A program made the position numbers and the translations under genes. Positions 40,568 through 49,637 of a DNA stretch of 64,000 nt are shown piece after piece. Origin of the DNA: Spirochaetia bacterium (GTDB lineage: Bacteria; Spirochaetota; Spirochaetia; SZUA-6; Bin103); NCBI GenBank assembly GCA_965208575.1, contig CBDBOV010000006.1, positions 832,001-896,000 on the forward strand, in the 5' to 3' direction. Each line of letters starts with the position of its first letter. Position 1 is the stretch's first letter. The notes under the pieces were generated by a model. The model ran no database searches. It saw only the letters and a list, made by a program, of their open reading frames with translations, and was not told the DNA's origin.

Positions 40568-40996
40568 CTACGGGCCGGCGGCGCCATCCGCGAGCCGGGA
40601 AAGGGGCGGTGGCAGTGGCACCGGTTCGGTGCCGGAGCCGTCGAGCGCGACGTGGCGGGTGGCGGCGCGCGCCTTGATCTGGCCCGCCGGGTCGCGGAAG
40701 CGGTAGGTCACCCGGTAGGAGTGGTCGCCGCTTCGGGTGAGGGTCAACTCTACCTGCAACCGGTCGCCCACGCGGATCGGCTTCATGAACTCGGCCTCCA
40801 CGGCCACAACCGGCAGGAGCACCTCGCCCTCCGCCAGGATCCGGCCCACGCCCAGCCCGGCCTCGTCCAGCAGCGCCTCGTACGCCTCGTGCGCCATCTC
40901 GAGCAATCGCGAGCAGAAGATCACCCCGGCGGCGTCGGTGTGGTACAGCCGCACGGTGACCGGGTGGACGAAGTGGGGACGCTCCTTGACGGGCAT
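40568..40996 (-). CDS. Hot-dog acyl-CoA thioesterase, probable DHNA-CoA hydrolase
   Basis: TDAAGVIF...HEAYE resembles cyanobacterial-type DHNA-CoA thioesterases; men genes 8-10 kb away. Confidence 0.75.
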   Translation of the reverse strand: MPVKERPHFVHPVTVRLYHTDAAGVIFCSRLLEMAHEAYEALLDEAGLGVGRILAEGEVLLPVVAVEAEFMKPIRVGDRLQVELTLTRSGDHSYRVTYRFRDPAGQIKARAATRHVALDGSGTEPVPLPPPLSRLADGAAGP

Positions 40997-41172
40997 GCGG
41001 CCAGCGTACCCCGTGAGCGCCCACCACTGCGATGGCGGCCAGACGCCCACCGCTGCCCGCTGCTGTCTGGCCGCGGCACCGAGCGCCGGCGCTGGAGTCC
41101 CCGTTCGCCCGCGCCGAACCGCTTGCCGGGGCGGCGGAGACCTCGCCAGGGTTGCGGCAACCGATGCCGGCA

Positions 41173-41284
41173 GGGCCCCGCTTCGGCGCTGAAGTCGCCA
41201 GCACGACGGCTGACCCACCTGGACGGCTCCTTCCTGGCCTGCGCCGGGGCCCTGCTTCGGCGCCGAAGTCGCCAACACAACGGC
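41173..41284 (+). repeat. Two 38-bp palindromic direct repeats separated by 36 bp
   Basis: 41173-41210 and 41247-41284, 34/38 identical, core CTTCGGCGCCGAAG. Confidence 0.75.
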
Positions 41285-41363
41285 GCGCGCCGGCGCGCCG
41301 CGGCGGTGAAGTGAAGGAGCACGTGTGCCCCAACGCCCGCAAACAATGCACAATGCGGCCGTT

Positions 41364-44138
41364 ATGACTGGGACAGACGACGGCCGCCGGCTCGGCGAGG
41401 CGCGGGCGCGGGACGCGGCGATGCGGGCGGACATTCATTTCCTTGGCGACCTGCTCGGCCATACCCTGGTGCGGCAGCACGGCGCGGAGCTGCTGGAGCT
41501 GGTCGAGCGGGTGCGCTCCCTGAGCAAGCAGGCGCGCGACCCCGGCGCCGATGACCGCGCCGCCGCCGAGCTGGACGCCCTGCTGGCCGGGCTCGACATC
41601 GCCGACATCACCAACCTGGTGCGCGCCTTCTCGACCTTCTTCCAACTGGCCAACGTGGCTGAGCAGACCCACCGGGTGGACGAGCACGGGCCGCGCAGCG
41701 GCATCGCCCGCGGACGCCTGCGCGCGCTGTTCGATCACATCCGGGAGGACGAGGCTCAGCGCGCCGCGCTGCGCGAGGTGGCCACTCGCCTCGACGTGCG
41801 GCCGGTGTTCACCGCCCACCCCACCGAGGCGGCGCGCCGTTCCGTGCTCACCAAGCTGCAGCGCATCGGCGAGTTGCTTTACGAACGGGCGGACCCGCGC
41901 CAGACCGCGGTCGACCAGGAGCGCATCCGGCGCCGGCTCGCCGAGGCGATCGACCTGATCTGGCAGACCGACGAGCTGCGCGTCCACCGCCCCACCCCGG
42001 TGGACGAGGCGCGGGCGGCGATCTACTACCTGGAGGAGTTGTTGCGCGGGGTGAGCGGTGACTTGTTCGATGAGTTGGACACCCAACTTGGCCGGGTCGG
42101 CGTCGAGCTGCCGGCCCGCGCCCGCACGCTGCACTTCGGGAGCTGGGTCGGCGGCGACCGCGACGGTAATCCGCTGGTCACGGCAGAGGTCACCACGGCG
42201 GTGCTGGAGTTGCAGCACGACCGTGCGCTGACCGAGCTGCTGCGCGCGGTTGACGCGCTGTCGGCGGAACTGAGCAGCTCCGAGCACGTACACGGCGTGT
42301 CGGAGGAGTTGGCCGGCAGTTTGCGCCGTGACGCCGCGGCGCTGCCGGCCACCGACCGGGAGGCGCGGCGCCGCAACACCGGCGAGAGCTACCGGCTGAA
42401 GCTGGCGTTCATGCGCCGGCGCCTGGAGAACACGCGGCGGCGCATTGCCGAGCACGCGCGCCACGTACCGCGCCACGACTACCTGACCGCCGACGAACTG
42501 GTGGCAGAGCTGGAACTGCTGCAGCGCTCGTTGCGCGCTCACCGCGGCGCGGTGATCGCCGACGGCGCGGTGCGCCGCCTGCTGCGCCGGACGACGGCGT
42601 TCGGTTTCCACCTGGCGACGCTGGACGTGCGCGAGCACGCCGAGAAGCACCACGCGGCGCTGGCCGCGCTGTATCGCCGGCTGCCCGACGCCCCCGATTA
42701 CGCGGCGCTCTCCCCGGTGGAGCGGTTCGACGTGCTCGCCGCCGAACTCGCCCGCCGGCGGCCCATCGGCACGCCGGCCACCCGGCTGGCTGACGAGCCG
42801 GGCGTGACGCTGGCCACGATGCAGGCGGTGCGCGCCGCCCTCGACCGGTTCGGGGAGCGTGCCATCGAGAGTTACATCATCTCCGAGACGCTCGGCGCCG
42901 ATGACGTCCTCGCCGCGGTGGTGCTGGCGCGCGAGACCGGCCTGGTCGACCTGTCGGCGGGGCACGCCGCGATCGGCTTCGTGCCGCTGTTCGAGACCCC
43001 CGAATCGATCCGGCACGCGGACGTCACCCTGGGCAAGCTGCTGCGCGAGCCGAGCTACCGCGAGCTGCTGCGGCTGCGCGGCGGCCCGCAGGAGGTGATG
43101 CTCGGCTACTCCGACTCCAACAAGCTCGGCGGCATCACCACCGCGCAGTGGGGACTGAACCGCTGCGCGCTCCGCCTGCGCGAGGTGGCCGCGGCGGCGG
43201 GCGTGCCGCTGCGCTTCTTCCACGGCCGCGGCGGCACCGTGGGGCGGGGCGGCGGCCCCACCGCGGAGGCGATCCTGGCGCAGCCGTGGGGCACCGTCGA
43301 CGGCGCCATCAAGATCACCGAGCAGGGCGAGGTGGTGGCGGACAAGTACGCGCTGCCGCGGTTGGCGCGCGACAACCTGGAGTTGACCCTGGCGGCGTCG
43401 ATCGAGGCCACCGTGCTGCACCGCAGCGCCGAGCGCCCGACCGCCGACCTGGAACGCTGGAACGCAGCCATGGAAATCGCCTCCCAGGCTGCCTATTCGG
43501 CTTACCGCGCGCTGGTGGACCACCCGTCGCTGGTGCCCTACTTCCTGTCCGCCACCCCGGTGGAGGAGCTGGCCTCGCTCAAGATCGGCTCGCGGCCGTC
43601 GCGGCGACCCGGCAAGGACGCCGGCATCGACGGCATGCGCGCCATCCCGTGGGTGTTCGGCTGGACCCAGACGCGGCAGGTGGTGCCGGGCTGGTTCGGT
43701 GTGGGCAGCGGGCTGGCGGCCGCGCGCGCGGCGGGAGTCGACTTTCTGACCGACATGTACGAGCGCTGGCCGTTCTTCCGCATGTTCCTGTCCAACGTGG
43801 AGATGGTGCTGGCCAAGACCGACCTGGTCACCGCCCGGCGCTACGTGGACGCCCTGGTGCCCGCCGCCCACCGCCACATCTACGACCTGATCGCCGCCGA
43901 GCACGAGCGCTCGGTGCGGGAGGTGCTGGCCGCAACCGGCAAGCCCGCGCTGCTGGCCGACTACCCGGTACTGGGCCGCACCCTGCAAGTCCGGTCCGCC
44001 TACCTGGAGCCGCTGCACCTGCTGCAGATCGCCCTGCTGGAGCAGCACCGCGCCTCCGCCACCGTCGACCCGCGCGTCGAGCGCGCCATCCTGCTCACCG
44101 TCAACGGCCTCGCCGCCGGCCTCCGCAACACCGGATAG
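41364..44138 (+). CDS. ppc: Phosphoenolpyruvate carboxylase
   Basis: VFTAHPTE, WVGGDRDGNP, VPLFET, MLGYSDSNK, FHGRGGTVGRGGGP, RAIPWVF, GLRNTG. Confidence 0.98.
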   Translation: MTGTDDGRRLGEARARDAAMRADIHFLGDLLGHTLVRQHGAELLELVERVRSLSKQARDPGADDRAAAELDALLAGLDIADITNLVRAFSTFFQLANVAEQTHRVDEHGPRSGIARGRLRALFDHIREDEAQRAALREVATRLDVRPVFTAHPTEAARRSVLTKLQRIGELLYERADPRQTAVDQERIRRRLAEAIDLIWQTDELRVHRPTPVDEARAAIYYLEELLRGVSGDLFDELDTQLGRVGVELPARARTLHFGSWVGGDRDGNPLVTAEVTTAVLELQHDRALTELLRAVDALSAELSSSEHVHGVSEELAGSLRRDAAALPATDREARRRNTGESYRLKLAFMRRRLENTRRRIAEHARHVPRHDYLTADELVAELELLQRSLRAHRGAVIADGAVRRLLRRTTAFGFHLATLDVREHAEKHHAALAALYRRLPDAPDYAALSPVERFDVLAAELARRRPIGTPATRLADEPGVTLATMQAVRAALDRFGERAIESYIISETLGADDVLAAVVLARETGLVDLSAGHAAIGFVPLFETPESIRHADVTLGKLLREPSYRELLRLRGGPQEVMLGYSDSNKLGGITTAQWGLNRCALRLREVAAAAGVPLRFFHGRGGTVGRGGGPTAEAILAQPWGTVDGAIKITEQGEVVADKYALPRLARDNLELTLAASIEATVLHRSAERPTADLERWNAAMEIASQAAYSAYRALVDHPSLVPYFLSATPVEELASLKIGSRPSRRPGKDAGIDGMRAIPWVFGWTQTRQVVPGWFGVGSGLAAARAAGVDFLTDMYERWPFFRMFLSNVEMVLAKTDLVTARRYVDALVPAAHRHIYDLIAAEHERSVREVLAATGKPALLADYPVLGRTLQVRSAYLEPLHLLQIALLEQHRASATVDPRVERAILLTVNGLAAGLRNTG

Positions 44139-44247
44139 CGTCTCCGCTTGCCTGAGTCGGACACCCGCTGACAAGAGACAATCAGCACCTTGAAACGACC
44201 GCACAAATCAGGCAGCTTGGATTGATCAGCAGGCTGGACGGGTACCA

Positions 44248-44685
44248 ATGAGCACTGTTCTGGATGACGTTACCAATGACCAAATCGACGCACCCCACAT
44301 TCGGCGCCGAGTAGAGGACTGGGTCAACCGCTTGCGTACACTCTATGCCATGATCGGCGGCTGGCTCCCGGAGGGATGGACCGCCCGAGAGGGTGCTCCC
44401 GTCCGCATGCATGAAGAAATGATGCGAGAGTTCCGCGTCGACCCGAAGCAAGTACCGACCCTCGAACTGGTCCACCAGACGGGCGACGTGGCCACGTTGG
44501 AGCCGCGTGCACTCTGGGTCATCGGCTGTAACGGGCGTGTCGACCTCAAGCGCAACAACCGTCGTTTCCTCATTGTCGATCTCGCAGATAGCTTCGAGAG
44601 GGCGGACTGGCAGGCATCGCGTGCCGACCGGCGCGGCGAGCGCGAACCCGTCACACGTGACTGGCTGGTCGGCGTCCTTCAGTGA
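44248..44685 (+). CDS. Uncharacterised 145-aa protein
   Basis: Protein-like composition, PRALWVIGCNGRVD motif, GTGA-coupled to the next gene. Confidence 0.75.
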   Translation: MSTVLDDVTNDQIDAPHIRRRVEDWVNRLRTLYAMIGGWLPEGWTAREGAPVRMHEEMMREFRVDPKQVPTLELVHQTGDVATLEPRALWVIGCNGRVDLKRNNRRFLIVDLADSFERADWQASRADRRGEREPVTRDWLVGVLQ

Positions 44686-45149
44686 GCGATCTGCGAGCCA
44701 TCGCAGACCTGTATGCCGATGTCGCCGAATCCCTGGAGGCTGTGCGCGACAAGGCCATGGCCGATGGCGACACCATTCTGCGTGACCGCACCGAACACAA
44801 GCAGCGGCTCAACGACCAAGCCTACTTCGTGCTCGCCTGGGGTCAATTGGAGGCCGACATCGTGGATGCATGCCGCAGCACGATCCGGCATGCTCAGACG
44901 CATGGCAACTGGCGCGATCGTCGTGCCTGGACCTTGTACAACCCGGACGATCGGAGGTTGTCCGGCCTGAGCTTCGAGAGCCGATTGATGCTCGTCCTCG
45001 AAAAGGGTTCCGGGAATTGGAAGAGGGTGTTGCAGCACTACAACGTACGTAACCAGATTGCTCACGGAAGGCTTCGCTCGCAGCGCATAGATGTCTCCAA
45101 CGTTATCCAGGAGTTCTATGAAATCCAGGCATCCCTGGCGCGCAACTGA
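44682..45149 (+). CDS. Putative HEPN-domain protein
   Basis: Apparently helical sequence, N-terminal WGQLE, C-terminal RNQIAHG (RX4H). Confidence 0.7.
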   Translation: MSDLRAIADLYADVAESLEAVRDKAMADGDTILRDRTEHKQRLNDQAYFVLAWGQLEADIVDACRSTIRHAQTHGNWRDRRAWTLYNPDDRRLSGLSFESRLMLVLEKGSGNWKRVLQHYNVRNQIAHGRLRSQRIDVSNVIQEFYEIQASLARN

Positions 45150-45200
45150 CACAGCGATCCGCACTCGCCCGGCTCAGCGTCCGTGCGGTACCGCGAGGCG

Positions 45201-46091
45201 CTACCCGTAGTGTTTGCGGAAGTAGTCCAGGGAGGAGGTGCGGCTGACGCCGCCGAACAGGCTGCGGTTGTAGCCGAGCAGGCGCTGCAACAGTTCCGGG
45301 AGGCCGGCTACTACCTCGCGGGGGATGCCGAGGTACTGGTTCTCCTGCTGGCGCAGCCAGCTCAGGTTGAAGTTCAGGTTGATGGAGGTGCGATACCGAT
45401 CCGGAGTCCGGTTCTCGCCGCTGCCGTGCCACACCGCGCCGTCCCACACCAGCAGCGAACCCGCCGGCATCTGGGCGTCGACCGCCTCCGCGTCCTGGTC
45501 GACCGGCTCGACCGACCGGTGGCTGCCGGGCACCACCCGCGTGGCCCCGTTCTCGCGGGTGAAGTCGTCCAGCGCGATCAGCGTGTTGGCGACCACCGGG
45601 AAGTGCGGGCGCGGGACCCCGTACATCACGTCGTCGCGGTGCAGCACCTGGTTCACGGCGCCGGGACCGGGACGCATCGCACACGCCACCGAGAGCTGAA
45701 ACGCCGGCCCGAGCACGCCCTCGATCACCTTCAGGAGCAGCGGATCGGTGGCGATGCCGTCCGCCGCGCGCGTACGGGCGAACAAATTGCACACGTGGAT
45801 CGTGTTCTCGCCGCCGCCGGCCGGCAAGCGCTTGCCCTTGATGACCAGGTGGTCGGGCAGCTCGAACACGGCGGCCAGTTCCTCGCGCGCCCGCCGCGTA
45901 CGCTCGCCGTCGAGCAAGCCGGGCACGATGGCGTACCCGTGTTCGCGTACCGACCGTACCGCTCGGTCCACGCGCGCCTGGTCGACGGCCGACAGCTCGA
46001 TGCCCTCGGCGAGCCGGTCGAACCTGGCATAGGCGTCGCGCTCGATCGTCTCGTGGGCCGTTCCGGTGGACGAATCCGTTCCCTGCTCCAT
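45201..46091 (-). CDS. PhyH family dioxygenase
   Basis: VREHGYAIV, LHRDD, ENGATRVVPGSH, WHGSGEN, WLRQQEN. Confidence 0.92.
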   Translation of the reverse strand: MEQGTDSSTGTAHETIERDAYARFDRLAEGIELSAVDQARVDRAVRSVREHGYAIVPGLLDGERTRRAREELAAVFELPDHLVIKGKRLPAGGGENTIHVCNLFARTRAADGIATDPLLLKVIEGVLGPAFQLSVACAMRPGPGAVNQVLHRDDVMYGVPRPHFPVVANTLIALDDFTRENGATRVVPGSHRSVEPVDQDAEAVDAQMPAGSLLVWDGAVWHGSGENRTPDRYRTSINLNFNLSWLRQQENQYLGIPREVVAGLPELLQRLLGYNRSLFGGVSRTSSLDYFRKHYG

Positions 46092-46303
46092 GCGTCTCTC
46101 CTCTGGATGCTCTCCGAGCCTGTCGGGGTGTGACAGGCCCGTAGTATAGGCCGGTTGCGGACGCCAGTCCGCGACGCGGTTCGGCGGGAAACGCGCCTCC
46201 CGGCGGCACCGGGAGCGCCAGGACGCAGGTCTCGGGCGCCGGCGAGCGCGTCGTCCGCCGCCCGCACACCCCCCGGCTGGCCGCCGCGCTGCACCGCGGC
46301 GCG

Positions 46304-46393
46304 TCGGCGTGGCTCGGCGTGGCTCGGCGTGGCTCGGCGTGGCTCGGCGTGGCTCGGCGTGGCTCGGCGTGGCTCGGCGTGGCTCGGCGCGGC
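46304..46393 (+). repeat. 10-bp tandem repeat (GGCTCGGCGT) x ~9
   Basis: Directly visible: seven exact units plus partial flanking units. Confidence 0.95.
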
Positions 46394-46402
46394 GGGCGAC
46401 CG

Positions 46403-46432
46403 TTGACAGGGCGGGAGGAGATCGAATAGGGT
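46403..46432 (+). promoter_or_regulatory. Putative sigma70 promoter
   Basis: TTGACA-18 bp-TAGGGT, about 320 nt upstream of the binding-protein gene. Confidence 0.5.
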
Positions 46433-46749
46433 TCGTTACTGGATTTCAAGGGGCAGATTTCACGCCAAGATCACCTGCACTGACAGCGGACGGGCATCAC
46501 GCACCTCCGGCAGCGCACATGCTCGCCGGTACCGCGAATGCATCATGGACCCTACCTCAACAAGCTGAGCACCAACGAAGGCGCACGTCCGCGTGCCTTA
46601 CAGGGAAGGCCACCCACGCCCCAAGTGGGTTTTCAAGCCGTCTCCACGAAAGGAGAAGGGAGGTGAACGCCTGGTTCTCGACACCGGACACAACTTGAAG
46701 TGAATCGAATCGACGATTCATCGAACCGGACAACACACACAGGGAGGTA

Positions 46750-48546
46750 GTGACTATGAATCGCTACACAACTGTACTCATCGGCATCCTGGTGTCCACC
46801 GCAACCGTGCTGTGGGCAACCGGAGAGGCGGAGGGGACAGCCGTCATGGAACAAGAGATGGTGCAGAACTGGCTCGGTGAAACGGTGCCGAAGCCGCAAC
46901 ATGGCGGCGTGCTCAACATCCCGACCGCGTTCACGGCGGTGGACTCCTGGGACCAGTGGCGCTATCACCAGACCGGAACGCCGTTTACCGCCAGTATCTA
47001 CCAGGCTTTCGGAGCAATCGACATCAGGACGCCGATCGAGGACAACCAGTTCCAAAGTGCCATGTTTACCTGGGATCAGTGGTACGGCATCATCGCCGAG
47101 AGCTGGGAGCAGGTCGATCCCCTGACCCTCACCATCGGCGTCAGACAGGGCATAAAGTGGCAGAACAAGGAACCGATGAACGGTCGCGAACTGACTGCCG
47201 ACGATGTCGTCTTCACGCTGCACCGGCAGTACGGCCTGGGCAGCGGCTACACCGAAAAGAGCCCGCACCTCGGCGACGTTCACGTGGAATGGTTCGCCGG
47301 CGCGGAGGTAACCGCTCCCGACCGCTACACGGTCAAGATCGTAACCACCGAGCCGCGACCGTTCCTGGCGTTCGCCACCATGTGCTTTGGTTGCGGCTTC
47401 GTCATTCAGCCGCCGGAAGTCGTCCAGCAATACGGCGACCTGGAGGATTGGCGCAATGCGGTCGGTACCGGAGCCTGGATGCTGGTCGACTACGTGCCCG
47501 GCTCCAAGGTGCAATATGCGCGCAATCCCGACTACTGGGAGAATGATCCGCGCTATCCGGACCAAAACCTTCAACTACCGTACGCAGACGAGCTCAATGT
47601 CCTCATGATACCGGACGAGTCCACGCGCATGGCCGCATTGCGGACCGGCAAGGTGGCGATGGCCGGCGGTTCACAACAGAATATCGACTGGCGGACCGCG
47701 GAGAGTCTGCAACAGACGAATCCCGAGTTGGGCTACCTCGAGGTGGCCGGATCGGGAGGCAACGCCTGGGGCTTCAGCATGCGTGTCGACCGGGAGCCGT
47801 TCGACGATATCCGGGTGCGGCAAGCCATGGCGATGGCCGTGAACACGACGGAGATCGCAGAGGACTACTACGGCGGCAACGCGGAAGAGTATCCTTATGC
47901 CAAGCTGTCGTTGCCATGGCCCAAGCAATACATCAAGGCGATCGATTGGTTTACCCCTGAAGTCCAGGCCACGTTCGGCTATGACCCGGAGGCGGCGAAA
48001 CAGCTTCTCGCGGAGGCCGGCTACGCCGACGGCTTCAAGACCGATATGCCGATTTCCGCCGTAATGGACCTCGAGTTGTATGAGCTTGCGGTCAGCTACC
48101 TGGCGGCGGTCGGTATCGACGTCGACATCAGAGTGATGGAGCACGGTGTCTACAAGGACATCGAATATGCCGCCGAATACGACGGGATGTTCTCTCAGTA
48201 CGACCCGATGTCGGTGCTGCCTCCGTATCACGTCCTGAGCTGGTACCAGACCGGCATAGGGTGGAACGCCAGTCAGGTGAGCGACCCGGTGTATGACAAC
48301 CTGCGGCTCGCCGTATTGAAGGAAACCGACAAGGAAAAGCAGGATGAAATGTTCCACCAATTGTACGCGATGCCGTACGAGAATACGTGGATCATTCCGT
48401 TTGCCCTGGCCAAGGAGTTCGTGTTCTGGCAGCCATGGCTCAAGCACTTCCGCGGCGAGGAAAAGACCCACGGCTGCGACCAGAAGCTGAACGTCATGAA
48501 GTACGTCTGGATCGACCAGCAACTGAAAAACGAGATGGGCCACTAG
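46750..48546 (+). CDS. Peptide/nickel ABC substrate-binding protein (family 5)
   Basis: GGGAGG RBS, WATGEAE signal, AESWEQ, GRELTADDVVF, GTG, RNPDYW, PFDDIRVRQA. Confidence 0.92.
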   Translation: MTMNRYTTVLIGILVSTATVLWATGEAEGTAVMEQEMVQNWLGETVPKPQHGGVLNIPTAFTAVDSWDQWRYHQTGTPFTASIYQAFGAIDIRTPIEDNQFQSAMFTWDQWYGIIAESWEQVDPLTLTIGVRQGIKWQNKEPMNGRELTADDVVFTLHRQYGLGSGYTEKSPHLGDVHVEWFAGAEVTAPDRYTVKIVTTEPRPFLAFATMCFGCGFVIQPPEVVQQYGDLEDWRNAVGTGAWMLVDYVPGSKVQYARNPDYWENDPRYPDQNLQLPYADELNVLMIPDESTRMAALRTGKVAMAGGSQQNIDWRTAESLQQTNPELGYLEVAGSGGNAWGFSMRVDREPFDDIRVRQAMAMAVNTTEIAEDYYGGNAEEYPYAKLSLPWPKQYIKAIDWFTPEVQATFGYDPEAAKQLLAEAGYADGFKTDMPISAVMDLELYELAVSYLAAVGIDVDIRVMEHGVYKDIEYAAEYDGMFSQYDPMSVLPPYHVLSWYQTGIGWNASQVSDPVYDNLRLAVLKETDKEKQDEMFHQLYAMPYENTWIIPFALAKEFVFWQPWLKHFRGEEKTHGCDQKLNVMKYVWIDQQLKNEMGH

Positions 48547-48581
48547 CAGCCGCAAGCTGCCCAAACGTGGAAGCATCGATC

Positions 48582-48616
48582 AGGGGTCTGCCGGCAGCCG
48601 TCGGCAGACCCCTTTT
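48582..48616 (+). terminator. Rho-independent terminator
   Basis: AGGGGTCTGCCG...CGGCAGACCCCT stem followed by a T run. Confidence 0.8.
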
Positions 48617-48662
48617 CTGGTGAGCGCCGGATGATACGCCCCGGCACCACCTCGTCAGCGGA

Positions 48663-49637
48663 TCAACTCGACTTCCGGGCGTCGGCCTTGCCAGCCAGAA
48701 TGGCGCCTCTCTTCGTCTCCATGCCGGCGTAGCTGCCGGCGCCCCCCCTCAGCCTCGGGTCGAGCAGGTCGCGCACCGCGTCTCCGAACATGTTGACCCC
48801 GTAGATCACGGCGCCCAGGGCGAGGCCCGGCCAGAGCGCAAGGCCGGGCGCCAGGAACAGGTACTTGCGCCCGGTCCGACTCAGCATACCCCCCCAGCTC
48901 GGCTCCGGCGGCGGGACCCCGAAGCCGAGAAAGCTCAACGTGGCTTCCAGCAGGATGACGCTCCCCATCCTGATCGAAACGATGATCAGCACGGCGGGCA
49001 TGATATTGGGCAAAAGGTGGCGCACGAAGATCCTCCACAGCCGGCATCCAATGGCATCCGCCGCCTGCACGTAGACCTGTTCCTTGATGCCGAGCACCGC
49101 GCTTCTTATTACCCGTGAAGTAGTGATGCCCATGTGCAATCCGACAATCAGTATCACCTGTCCGATGCCGGGCCCGACGATCGACATGATGGTGATCAGA
49201 ATCAGGATGTCGGGAAAACACATCCAGGCGTCGACGAAGCGTTGCATCAGCATGTCGTACTTGCCGCCGAGGAACGCGCTCGGGATACCGATCAGCAGAG
49301 ACACCGCGACCGACAGCAGGGTGGCAAATACCCCGACCATCATGGAGATTCTCGCACCGTAGATGACCCGGCTGAGCATGTCCCTGCCGAGCGTATCGGT
49401 GCCCAGAAGGTACTGCGCCGACGGTGGGCTCAAGCGGTCGGCCGGATGCGGCTCATTGACGCCGTCAGGGGCCAGGATCGGCGCGAAAATACCGGTGAAG
49501 AAGAACACCAGGACCACGACGCCGCCGAGCGCCCCGAGCGGCTTTTCCCGGACCAACCGGCCGCAAAACTCAACCAGCGGACCCCGTCTGAACGGCTCCG
49601 TCGCGGCGCCCGCGCGGTTTTGCTCGGCGCTACTCAC
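48663..49637 (-). CDS. Peptide ABC permease (DppC-like)
   Basis: LGTDTLGRD, GARIS, RHLLPN, LSFLGFG, DAVRDLLDPR. Confidence 0.92.
   Translation of the reverse strand: MSSAEQNRAGAATEPFRRGPLVEFCGRLVREKPLGALGGVVVLVFFFTGIFAPILAPDGVNEPHPADRLSPPSAQYLLGTDTLGRDMLSRVIYGARISMMVGVFATLLSVAVSLLIGIPSAFLGGKYDMLMQRFVDAWMCFPDILILITIMSIVGPGIGQVILIVGLHMGITTSRVIRSAVLGIKEQVYVQAADAIGCRLWRIFVRHLLPNIMPAVLIIVSIRMGSVILLEATLSFLGFGVPPPEPSWGGMLSRTGRKYLFLAPGLALWPGLALGAVIYGVNMFGDAVRDLLDPRLRGGAGSYAGMETKRGAILAGKADARKSS

Noticed and set aside
41173-41284. Formal CRISPR call
   Set aside because: Only two clear repeats, no leader and no cas genes; kept as a repeat
40494-44204. 1236-aa minus-strand ORF
   Set aside because: Antisense to ppc; long open antisense frames are expected at this GC content
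44139-45200. Integron cassette (attC) explanation for the small inserted modules
   Set aside because: No RYYYAAC...GTTRRRY bracketed palindromes seen and no IntI gene in the window
46304-46393. Tandem repeat as a CRISPR array or repeat protein
   Set aside because: No spacers; the ORFs across it are low-complexity
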